64,000 bases of DNA from NCBI GenBank assembly GCA_003524095.1, contig DOEE01000003.1, positions 89,171-153,170 on the forward strand. Reading direction: 5' to 3'. The position numbers were made by a program, and so were the translations under genes. Under the pieces are notes generated by a model, which saw nothing but the letters and a program-made list of their open reading frames with translations, was not told the origin of the DNA and searched no databases. Positions 19,335 to 27,277 of this stretch are shown one piece after another. The DNA comes from Clostridiales bacterium (GTDB taxonomy: Bacteria; Bacillota; Clostridia; Christensenellales; UBA1242). The first letter of the stretch is position 1; the number at the start of each line of letters is the position of its first letter.

Positions 19335-19422
19335 TGGCGCAGAGACCGGGATTTGAACCCGGGGTACGTTTCCGTACACAGCCGTTCCAAGACTGCACGA
19401 TCGACCACTCTGACATCTCTGC
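19335..19422 (-). tRNA. tRNA-Ser (anticodon GGA), class II, CCA encoded
   Basis: Hand-folded. The acceptor GCAGAGA/TCTCTGC is 7/7 paired, with G73 and CCA. The anticodon arm is CAGTC-TTGGAAC-GGCTG. The long variable arm is GTACG-gaaa-CGTAC and the T arm is CCGGG-TTCAAAT-CCCGG. The D stem is poorly paired (see findings). Confidence 0.8.
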
Positions 19423-19428
19423 ATATAA
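19405..19428. repeat. 24-nt direct repeat, copy A (tRNA-Ser nt 1-18 plus 6 nt of 5' flank)
   Basis: ccactctgacatctctgcatataa is identical to 19702-19725. Confidence 0.95.
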
Positions 19429-19474
19429 ATATTAAATTGGAAATAAGTTGATATTACATTTTGTAGGACGTGGT

Positions 19475-19701
19475 CGACGCCTAGCGTCGTTCCATAGTCC
19501 GTCAAGATAGCGGGGCATTGGCTAAAGCATACTATGCTTTACCTCCAAAGTCCGTCAGGTAAGCAGTGCATTGGCCGATACCCACTGGGTATCGCCTCCA
19601 AAGTCCGTCAAGATAGCGGGGCATTGGCTAATGTCCACTGGACATTACCTCCAAAGTCCGTCAAGTAAGCCCATCAGGGAACAATCCACAGGATTGTTCT
19701 T
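19475..19701. repeat. tandem array of hairpin modules with 53-nt period (units start 19498, 19551, 19604, 19657), preceded by a related hairpin at 19475-19489
   Basis: The linkers tccgtcaagatagcggggcattggc and cctccaaag are conserved. The 19-nt hairpins at 19523-41, 19576-94, 19629-47 and 19680-98 have unrelated but perfectly complementary 8-bp arms. Confidence 0.9.
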
Positions 19702-19725
19702 CCACTCTGACATCTCTGCATATAA
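19702..19725. repeat. 24-nt direct repeat, copy B (orphan duplicate of the tRNA-Ser 5' end)
   Basis: Exact match to 19405-19428. The sequences diverge immediately outside the repeat. Confidence 0.95.
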
Positions 19726-19747
19726 GGTTTTTATTTTTGTTATCTCT

Positions 19748-19809
19748 ATTATAATAATTTTTAAGTAAAAGGAAAAGGTGGTTATGTGCTACTTAAAAAT
19801 TATTATAAT
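19748..19809. repeat. perfect 20-bp inverted repeat with a 22-nt spacer
   Basis: ATTATAATAATTTTTAAGTA (19748-67) is the exact reverse complement of TACTTAAAAATTATTATAAT (19790-809). Confidence 0.9.
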
Positions 19810-19946
19810 TATTAGAAGATAATTGTGCAAGCTTTCAAAGAAGTTCGCTTAGATATTTTATAGTTTATTTGTATAAATGTCAAGTGTTTATTTTTATTTT
19901 GTTTGTTCATATTTTTATGTTAGAATTATAAATAAAGGAAATAAAA

Positions 19947-20780
19947 ATGAAAAGTATAATTGGTGCGGTGATTGGTGATGTCGTTGGGTCGACATACGAA
20001 GTGTTTGAATGGGAAGAAAAGCGGGTAGATTTGAAACATAGACTTGGCATTTTTGACAAAGGCGACAATCTTTTTGAAAGTGACTCAAGTTTTACAGATG
20101 ATAGTGTTTTGACTTGTGCGGTGGCAGATGCCATTTTAAAGGGCGTTGACTTTCAAATTAAATTGCGTGAGTTTGGATTAAAAGAAGAAAATCTTGGGCT
20201 AGACAAATATGGACGTAGCAAATTTGGATCTGGATTTTTAAACTGGCTTCATGGTGGTGCTAACAAAAGTTTGGGTAATGGCTGTGCTATGCGAGTATCT
20301 CCAATTGGTTATGCTTTTGACACGCTCAACGAAACTCTAAGGCAAGCGGAAATTTGTTGCAAGTGTACACATGATAATGTCGATACTATTAATATGACAA
20401 AGGCGGTTGCTGGCGCTATTTTTCTTGCAAGGAATAACAAAAGCAAAGATGAAATAAAAGAGTTTTGTTTGCATTATGTTCCGAGCCTTGATTTTGATTT
20501 GGGAGAACTTCAAAAAACTTATATGTTTGATGTCAAAGCAATTGGCTCTGTTCCGCAAGCAATATACTGTTTTTTAATCAGTAATGACTTTATGGAAACT
20601 CTCAAAAATAGTATTTCAATAGGCGGGGATAGCGATACGATTGCATGTATTGCTTGCTCAATTGCGGGAGCATATTACGGAGTACCTAACGACTTAATTG
20701 ACCGAGTTAAAAAATATATTCCGGGCGAGTATTTAAAAATTATTAATGATTTTGATAATAAATTCTGTATAGAAAAATAA
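19947..20780 (+). CDS. ADP-ribosylglycohydrolase family protein
   Basis: IGAVIGDVVGS..E, SFTDDSVL, GNGCAMRVSPIG and GGDSDTIACIACSIAGAYYG are the ARH/DraG-type metal-site motifs. SD AAAGGAAA. Confidence 0.85.
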   Translation: MKSIIGAVIGDVVGSTYEVFEWEEKRVDLKHRLGIFDKGDNLFESDSSFTDDSVLTCAVADAILKGVDFQIKLREFGLKEENLGLDKYGRSKFGSGFLNWLHGGANKSLGNGCAMRVSPIGYAFDTLNETLRQAEICCKCTHDNVDTINMTKAVAGAIFLARNNKSKDEIKEFCLHYVPSLDFDLGELQKTYMFDVKAIGSVPQAIYCFLISNDFMETLKNSISIGGDSDTIACIACSIAGAYYGVPNDLIDRVKKYIPGEYLKIINDFDNKFCIEK

Positions 20781-20844
20781 ATCGCATTTTGCTCGTATGG
20801 TTTTTTGAGTTGCAAGTATGTTATTTGCAAATTACAAAATGACT

Positions 20845-20905
20845 GTTGACAAGTAAAGACTATATGTTGACAAAAAGTATATACTTTGTGACAAGATTAT
20901 ATCTA
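20845..20905 (+). repeat. three direct repeats of about 21 bp (TGACAAR-N7-8-TATAT)
   Basis: gTTGACAAGtaaagacTATAT, gTTGACAAAaagTATATact and tGTGACAAGatTATATcta, spaced 21 and 22 bp apart, upstream of the 20956 gene. Confidence 0.6.
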
Positions 20906-20955
20906 TAACACAACATTAAACATTTTAAATAATTGTATTTTAAAAGGAGTGAAGA

Positions 20956-21987
20956 ATGCAAAAAGAATTAAAGATAAAAGGAAAATTGCTTGACGAAAAA
21001 GGACATTTGACTGAGTGTGGTTACGCCAAAAGTTTAATTAAAAATTATGATAGAAAGGATATTAAAGCGGGCAAACTCAGAATCAAAGAATGGGACTATT
21101 ATTTGATTTACAACGATGACTATGGTGTAGCGTTAACCATTGATGATAACTCATACATGGGACTCTATTCAATATCTTTTTTGGATTTCAAAAATGCAAC
21201 TGAGACTACAAAATCTCCAATGACATTTATGCCAAAGGGAAAGACTAATATGCCGTCTACTAGTGAAATCGGCGACGTGGCTGTAGAGAACAAAAACTAC
21301 AAATTTAGTTTTTTGAATGACGGAAAGACTAGAAAGTTGTTTGCCTATCTCAAAAATTTCAAAGACGGGAAAGATATAACCATAGAATTTAGTCTTACTG
21401 ATGAGCCAAAAGATAGCATGGTCATAATTACTCCGTTTAAAAATAAGCCAAAGCATTTTTATTATAACCAAAAAATTGTTGGACTCAAAGCCACTGGCAA
21501 AGTTGTACTTGGTGAAAAAGAAATAATTTTTGATAAAAACACCCGTGCAATTCTTGACTGGGGTAGAGGTGTTTGGACTTACAAAAACACTTGGTACTGG
21601 GGTGCTGGCTGTGGAGTTCAAAATGGACACGAAGTTGGTTTTAATATTGGCTACGGATTTGGAGATACAAGTAGGGCTTCCGAAAATATGTTTTTCTATG
21701 ACGGGGTTGCTCACAAACTAGATAAGGTAACTTTTGAGATTCCAAAAAAGAAAAATGGGAAAGAAGACTTTTTGTCATCGTGGAAGTTTACATCAAACGA
21801 TAAGCGATTTGAATTTGATTTTGAACCAATACTAGATAGACACGCAAATTCTAATGTTTTAATAATTTCAAGCAATCAACACCAAGTGTTTGGAAAGTTT
21901 AGCGGTTATGCGGTGCTAGATAATGGTGAAAAGGTTGTGTTAAAAGATTTTTTGGCATTCGCCGAAAAAGTTGTAAATAAATGGTAA
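20956..21987 (+). CDS. DUF2804-like protein
   Basis: SD AAGGAG. Size (343 aa) and KEWDYY / WGRGVWTYKNTWYW motifs match my recollection of DUF2804. No catalytic assignment is possible. Confidence 0.45.
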   Translation: MQKELKIKGKLLDEKGHLTECGYAKSLIKNYDRKDIKAGKLRIKEWDYYLIYNDDYGVALTIDDNSYMGLYSISFLDFKNATETTKSPMTFMPKGKTNMPSTSEIGDVAVENKNYKFSFLNDGKTRKLFAYLKNFKDGKDITIEFSLTDEPKDSMVIITPFKNKPKHFYYNQKIVGLKATGKVVLGEKEIIFDKNTRAILDWGRGVWTYKNTWYWGAGCGVQNGHEVGFNIGYGFGDTSRASENMFFYDGVAHKLDKVTFEIPKKKNGKEDFLSSWKFTSNDKRFEFDFEPILDRHANSNVLIISSNQHQVFGKFSGYAVLDNGEKVVLKDFLAFAEKVVNKW

Positions 21988-22037
21988 CAAAAAACTTTTG
22001 TATTCAATGCAATGTTGCAGATGAATACAAAAGTTTT

Positions 22038-23471
22038 TTAGTTTAGGTGTTCTTCAAGCAAATTAGATTTTAGTCTTGATAGTTGTGGTGACAAGTTAAT
22101 AATATATTTGTGTGGATTGCTTAGTCTCAGTGCTTCGTCCCAAAGTGTGTTAAGTTCGGCCTGAACCTTTTTTCTGGTTTCTTCAAGTGTTGGAAGTGGG
22201 AAAATTAACTTTCCATTTTCTATCATCTTAATTTTGATTTCTCTAACCGAATAATTGTCGATGACTTTGTTGGTCCAAGCATTGGTTGGATGCAAAAGAG
22301 TTATCTTGCCTTCTGGTTTTGGTTCGTCAAAGATTGAGATTATATCTGTTACAAATTTGCCACTTGTGTTGTCTACTAGTCTATAAATTTTTTTGAAATG
22401 CGGATTTGTTATTTTTTCTATGTTATCCGAAATTTTGATTTTTGGAATAATTTTTCCGTCTTTTTCGATTGCGACTAATTTGTATACTCCGCCAAATACT
22501 GGATTGCTTTTGGCGGTTATTAGATTTTCGCCAACCCCAAAACTATCTATTGGTGCATTTTGCAAAAGCAAACTCTCAATAATGTTTTCGTCCAAACTAT
22601 TTGAAACTACAATTTTTGTATTTTTAAGTCCCGCTTGGTCTAGCATTATTCTTGCTTTTTTGGATAAATATGCTAGGTCCCCACTATCTATTCTTATTCC
22701 TTTGAGTTCCTTGCCCATGGGTTTGAGTACTTCGTTATTAACTCTAATGGCATTTGGAATTCCGCTTTTTAGAGTATTGTATGTGTCGACAAGTAGGGTG
22801 CAGGCATCTGGAAAACTCTCAGCATAAGCCTTAAAAGATTCATATTCTGTGTCAAAACTCTGAACAAAACTATGTGCCATAGTGCCTAGTACAGGAACTC
22901 CATAATTTTTGCCAGTAATTGTGCATGCGGTTCCAACCGCTCCGGCAACATATGCATCTTTTGCTCCGTCGACAGCGGCCTCAAAACCTTGTGCTCTACG
23001 TGTGCCAAATTCCATAACTGCTCTGCCACGTGCCGACCTTACTATTCTATTTGCTTTGGTTGTAATAAGGCTCGAACGATTAAAGTATAAAAGCAATGCA
23101 GTTTCAATGAGTTGTGCTTCAAGTAGTCCCGATTTAATCGTAATAACCGGCTCGTTTGGGAAAACAATAGTTCCGTCTTCGACTGCCCACATGTCTCCCG
23201 TAAATCTAATTGATGTGAGTTTTTGTAAGTATTCTTTGGAAAATAAATTTAAACTTTCTAAATATTTAATATCGCTTGGTTCAAAGTGAAACTGAAGCAA
23301 GTATTCTACGCATTTGCTTATGCCGTTTGCAATCACAAAACTCCCGCCGTCTGGAACTTTTCTAAAAAATACATCAAAGTATGCGGTTTCGTTTTCAATA
23401 TGTTTATCAAAGTAGCCTTGACCCATTGTAAGTTCATAAAAATCCATTAGCAAGTTTTCAAATTTATCCAT
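22038..23471 (-). CDS. pncB: nicotinate phosphoribosyltransferase
   Basis: N-terminal DFYELTMGQGYF, then GTRRAQG, MAHSFVQSF and IRIDSGDL. 477 aa. Confidence 0.9.
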   Translation of the reverse strand: MDKFENLLMDFYELTMGQGYFDKHIENETAYFDVFFRKVPDGGSFVIANGISKCVEYLLQFHFEPSDIKYLESLNLFSKEYLQKLTSIRFTGDMWAVEDGTIVFPNEPVITIKSGLLEAQLIETALLLYFNRSSLITTKANRIVRSARGRAVMEFGTRRAQGFEAAVDGAKDAYVAGAVGTACTITGKNYGVPVLGTMAHSFVQSFDTEYESFKAYAESFPDACTLLVDTYNTLKSGIPNAIRVNNEVLKPMGKELKGIRIDSGDLAYLSKKARIMLDQAGLKNTKIVVSNSLDENIIESLLLQNAPIDSFGVGENLITAKSNPVFGGVYKLVAIEKDGKIIPKIKISDNIEKITNPHFKKIYRLVDNTSGKFVTDIISIFDEPKPEGKITLLHPTNAWTNKVIDNYSVREIKIKMIENGKLIFPLPTLEETRKKVQAELNTLWDEALRLSNPHKYIINLSPQLSRLKSNLLEEHLN

Positions 23472-23691
23472 ATTATCTTCCTTTTTTCTTATTTAAACAC
23501 TAATAAAAATGTTTGTCAATGAAATTAATATGTGTTTGACTATTGGCACATAAAATGTTAATATATATTTGTATATATATTAAAAATTTGATTTAATAAA
23601 TCAAAAAAATATTTTTGACTAAAAATTTCCAAAATAACTTAGTAGAGATAGTACTCAAAGTTTAGAAAAATTCCAAATCATGGAGAACAAA

Positions 23692-24444
23692 ATGACAAAT
23701 TCGGATGTTAAAAAGATTATTGACTTTATACAAGATTATTTTCAAAAAAACTCATGGGCAAAAGGTGTAGTTATTGGAATGAGTGGTGGAAAGGATAGTT
23801 TGGTTGTCGCCAAACTTTGTGTCGAAGCATTGGGAAAAGATAGAGTGCTTGGAGTAATTATGCCAAATGGTCACATGACTGACTTGAGTGATGCAATTGA
23901 TTCATGCAAACTTCTTGGAATTGACTATAATATTGTAGATATTTCAAAATCGTATAACGAGATTTTAAGTTCGGCAAAAACAGTGCTTGATGACAAACAT
24001 ATTCCTTTAAATTCAGTTACTTCAATAAACATCGCACCAAGGGTTAGAACTGCTACACTTTATGCAATTGGTGCTAGCATGGATTACTTGGTGGCGAACA
24101 CTTCTAATCTTAGCGAAGCCATGGTTGGATATACAACAAAGTGGGGAGATAATGTCGGGGATTTTGGTGTTATTGCTAACTTTACAAAAAGCGAAGTTTG
24201 TAAAATAGGACTTCTTTTGGGACTTCCTGAAAAACTAGTTTACAAAGTACCAAGTGACGGACTTTCTGGAAAATCCGACGAAGAAAAATTAGGATTTTCT
24301 TACAAAAATTTAGATGAGTTTATAAGACAAGGAAAGTTAAGTTCGGACCATGACAAAATCCTTAGAATGCACAAAAACTCCGAGCACAAAAGAATTGGCG
24401 TGGTTAAATACTCAAACAATTTGCCAAATCATTTTGAAAATTAA
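23692..24444 (+). CDS. nadE: ammonia-dependent NAD+ synthetase
   Basis: PP-loop GMSGGKDS and TTKWGDNVGDF. The ORF opens at 23680, but GGAG at 23682-85 is a good SD for ATG 23692. Confidence 0.88.
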   Translation: MTNSDVKKIIDFIQDYFQKNSWAKGVVIGMSGGKDSLVVAKLCVEALGKDRVLGVIMPNGHMTDLSDAIDSCKLLGIDYNIVDISKSYNEILSSAKTVLDDKHIPLNSVTSINIAPRVRTATLYAIGASMDYLVANTSNLSEAMVGYTTKWGDNVGDFGVIANFTKSEVCKIGLLLGLPEKLVYKVPSDGLSGKSDEEKLGFSYKNLDEFIRQGKLSSDHDKILRMHKNSEHKRIGVVKYSNNLPNHFEN

Positions 24445-24453
24445 GGAGTTTGC

Positions 24454-24933
24454 ATGGAAGAATATGAATATAGTTTTAATGTCCTAGATATCCAGCCATA
24501 TCTAAATTATTGTAAACAGAATGGATATATCCTAAAATCTATCAAAAAACAAAATCGAAAGGTTTATGAATGTGTAGAAAGTAGGAGTAAAATTGCTAGA
24601 ATTACAACCACTTGGGATGATATGGGAAATGCGGAAACTGTTTTGGACTTTAAGAATGTGACGAAAAATAAAGATGATTTGAAAGTATCTAACGAATCCC
24701 AAACTCTCAAAGTTACCGATGAAAATAGAGATGCAATTTTGTCTATTTTGGAAACATTAAATTTTAAGCAATCGGCAGATAATACTCGGACTAGATATGT
24801 TTATGTTTCTAATGACATCAAGTTTGAAATCGACGATTATTTAAGTCCAAACAAGCCCGTTGTTGCCCTGGAAGGAAAAAAGTCGATAGTGGACAAGGCT
24901 TATTTGGAAATTTGCAAACTTTTTAATAATTAA
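24454..24933 (+). CDS. hypothetical protein, possibly CYTH-like
   Basis: N-terminal EYEYSF resembles a degenerate CYTH ExExK motif, and C-terminal KFEIDDY...VALEG is also CYTH-like. The call is weak. Confidence 0.3.
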   Translation: MEEYEYSFNVLDIQPYLNYCKQNGYILKSIKKQNRKVYECVESRSKIARITTTWDDMGNAETVLDFKNVTKNKDDLKVSNESQTLKVTDENRDAILSILETLNFKQSADNTRTRYVYVSNDIKFEIDDYLSPNKPVVALEGKKSIVDKAYLEICKLFNN

Positions 24934-25005
24934 TTATTAAATTTGCAAATAAATTTGTTTAAAACGCACAATTTTGTTAATATATAAATTAGATAAGGAC
25001 AAAAA

Positions 25006-25710
25006 TTGAAAAATTACAATAATTTCAAAATCAATAAAGATAAATCTTTTGCAAAAGTTATTTGTAATTTTTTCGGCAATTTGTTTTTTACATATTGTGT
25101 AATCATTGCACTTGCACTAATACTATTTTCAAGTGTAACGATAGAGTGCGAAGTAAGAGGTTCATCAATGTATCCAACTCTAAACTCTGTGTCTCAAACC
25201 AAAAATGATATAGTATTTGTCAACCCTTACAACAAAGACTTAAATTATGGCGACATTGTTGTAGTTGGATTAGAAAATGAAAATATTATCAAAAGAGTTG
25301 TTGGACTTTCTGGCGACACTATTGATATTGTGTTTGACGAGTATGAATATAAATTAGAACGAAATGGAAAAATAATAGTGGAAAACTATATTAATTACAC
25401 TCAAAATCCGACTATTCCAAATGACCATAAGAATGGCATGCACAAGACATATGAAAACTTTCAAAATCTCAAAGAAAACAAACCCGAATTATTTGATAAT
25501 GGCAAACTTGTAGTTCCAGATAATTCAATATTTGTTCTTGGAGATAATAGGGCGGTCAGTCTTGATAGTTCGGTTTATGGCACTTTTGATATGAGTAAGT
25601 TTGTGGGCAAGGTCGAAAAGACTTTGTATGCAAGTGAGTCTGAGTTTAGTTTTTATTATTACTACATTTTGAATGGTGAATTTTTTGTAACACTATTTAG
25701 TTTGTTTTAA
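25006..25710 (+). CDS. lepB: signal peptidase I
   Basis: TM anchor. Catalytic-Ser box GSSMYPTL, the IIKRVVGLSGD box and GDNRAVSLDS. TTG start. Confidence 0.85.
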   Translation: MKNYNNFKINKDKSFAKVICNFFGNLFFTYCVIIALALILFSSVTIECEVRGSSMYPTLNSVSQTKNDIVFVNPYNKDLNYGDIVVVGLENENIIKRVVGLSGDTIDIVFDEYEYKLERNGKIIVENYINYTQNPTIPNDHKNGMHKTYENFQNLKENKPELFDNGKLVVPDNSIFVLGDNRAVSLDSSVYGTFDMSKFVGKVEKTLYASESEFSFYYYYILNGEFFVTLFSLF

Positions 25711-25725
25711 AGGTTGGGAGAAAAT

Positions 25726-27189
25726 ATGAAGAATTGGATTTGCAAAATAATGTTTGTTTTGATACTACTGGTTGGTGTTTTTTGTGTTCATGAAAACTCT
25801 TTGGTAGTAGACTCTACAAACACAAATCGCGTTTTGTTGGCACAAGAAGGCGAAGGTGGGGGAGAGACTGCAGAACCAGGTCAAACTGAGACCGAAAAAG
25901 AATTAATCAAACGTATTGATACAGATATCAAAGTCGGTTATCCTATTCAATCTACAACCGATATAACAGATACGAGACTATATAGCGCTTTGCTTAATGT
26001 TATCAAAAAATATGTGTTAGACAAGTATAATTACAACTATTCAACATTAGATACACTCTATAGCAAAATGTTTGTTGATATTGAAAGTATCGAAATCGTC
26101 GATTATGATATGTCATCACTCAAAGGACTAGATATTATTTACTTCAATAATCTTAAAACTCTTAAGATAGTTGGAAATAGTTTTGGAGATTTAACTACTG
26201 ACGAATACAAAGGTTTGTTTGAACGTATGCCACAACTAGAGACTTTGGATTTGTCTAACAATAATATTAATGCAATTAGTCTCAAAAATGCAACAAATGT
26301 AAAAAATTTAAATTTGAGTTCAAACAACTTATCTCAAATTGATTTGTCTAATCTAAAAAGTGCAGATTTGGATATTAATATTGCAAATAACAATTTTTCA
26401 AGCATCAAACAAATCGGACTTCCAACCAAAACCGACCTTATTAATTCAATTAAACTAAATATAATCATGAATAATATTACTGACTTGTCCGAAGAGTTTG
26501 TAAACTACTCAAAACTAACTTTGGATATAGGCTTGCAGGGAATTGTTGGAAAAACTCAAAAAGTTGTTCTTACAACAAGTGATACATTAACTTTTTATAA
26601 ACTTAACAAAGGCGGTGTTTATGCCAAGATTTATAAATCGGCAGTTAGAGACACTCTTGTAAGAACGATTAAAGATGATGTGGACTATACAGATAGCGAT
26701 AAGGTTGTGATTAATTTGCCGGTTGGTGAATATTATGTCGAATACTATTTGGGAGATAATGCAATTGATTATCAAAACGACAGAACTTATGGATACTTCC
26801 AAAAATATTATTTTCAAGTAATCCCAAATGTTTGTGACATTAAGTATGAATACAAAGGCAAAATTTATGATAATTTTACACGCAAAGTAACTGGCAAAGT
26901 CAAAGTGCTATTGTCATGTGAAGAGGGTGGTGAAATTTATTATAAAATAGGCAACGGGGAATGGATACAAGGCAATGAAATAATGTGTGACAGGGGTGGA
27001 GATTATAGCATTACAACCAAGGTTGTTATTGACAATATTTCAAGTGAAGAAAAGAGTATTTTAATCAAGACTTCGCTTAATCTAATCATTCCAGATATTT
27101 TGATGCTAATACTAATTTTGTTGTTTGCATTAACACTATTTTTGGTTGTTGTGCCATTGGTTAGCAAAAAATGGTTTAGAAAATCTTAA
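25726..27189 (+). CDS. leucine-rich-repeat surface protein (internalin-like) with C-terminal membrane anchor
   Basis: SD GGGAG before ATG 25726. Signal peptide. 22-residue LRRs LDLSNNNINAISLKNATNVKNLNLSSNNLSQIDLSNL. C-terminal TM plus basic tail. Confidence 0.7.
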   Translation: MKNWICKIMFVLILLVGVFCVHENSLVVDSTNTNRVLLAQEGEGGGETAEPGQTETEKELIKRIDTDIKVGYPIQSTTDITDTRLYSALLNVIKKYVLDKYNYNYSTLDTLYSKMFVDIESIEIVDYDMSSLKGLDIIYFNNLKTLKIVGNSFGDLTTDEYKGLFERMPQLETLDLSNNNINAISLKNATNVKNLNLSSNNLSQIDLSNLKSADLDINIANNNFSSIKQIGLPTKTDLINSIKLNIIMNNITDLSEEFVNYSKLTLDIGLQGIVGKTQKVVLTTSDTLTFYKLNKGGVYAKIYKSAVRDTLVRTIKDDVDYTDSDKVVINLPVGEYYVEYYLGDNAIDYQNDRTYGYFQKYYFQVIPNVCDIKYEYKGKIYDNFTRKVTGKVKVLLSCEEGGEIYYKIGNGEWIQGNEIMCDRGGDYSITTKVVIDNISSEEKSILIKTSLNLIIPDILMLILILLFALTLFLVVVPLVSKKWFRKS

Positions 27190-27277
27190 ATACTATTGAA
27201 ATAAAGTTTTGTTTTTGATAGAATTACTAGGCAAATGTTATAAATAAATTTAGCAAATAAACTTTTAAGGAAAAATT

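Noticed and set aside
19475-19701. Repeat array as a CRISPR array or a type III toxin-antitoxin (ToxI-like) array.
   Set aside because: The variable segments are only 19 nt and are themselves perfect palindromes, and there are no cas genes. The downstream + strand gene is an ADP-ribosylglycohydrolase, not a ToxN/AbiE-like RNase. The period (53 nt) and architecture differ from known ToxI repeats.
19784-19822. The Ile-rich mini-ORF (MCYLKIIIIIRR) as an attenuation leader peptide.
   Set aside because: The Ile codons are simply the translation of the AT-rich right arm of the inverted repeat. No branched-chain amino-acid genes follow. It is mentioned only as part of the palindrome finding.
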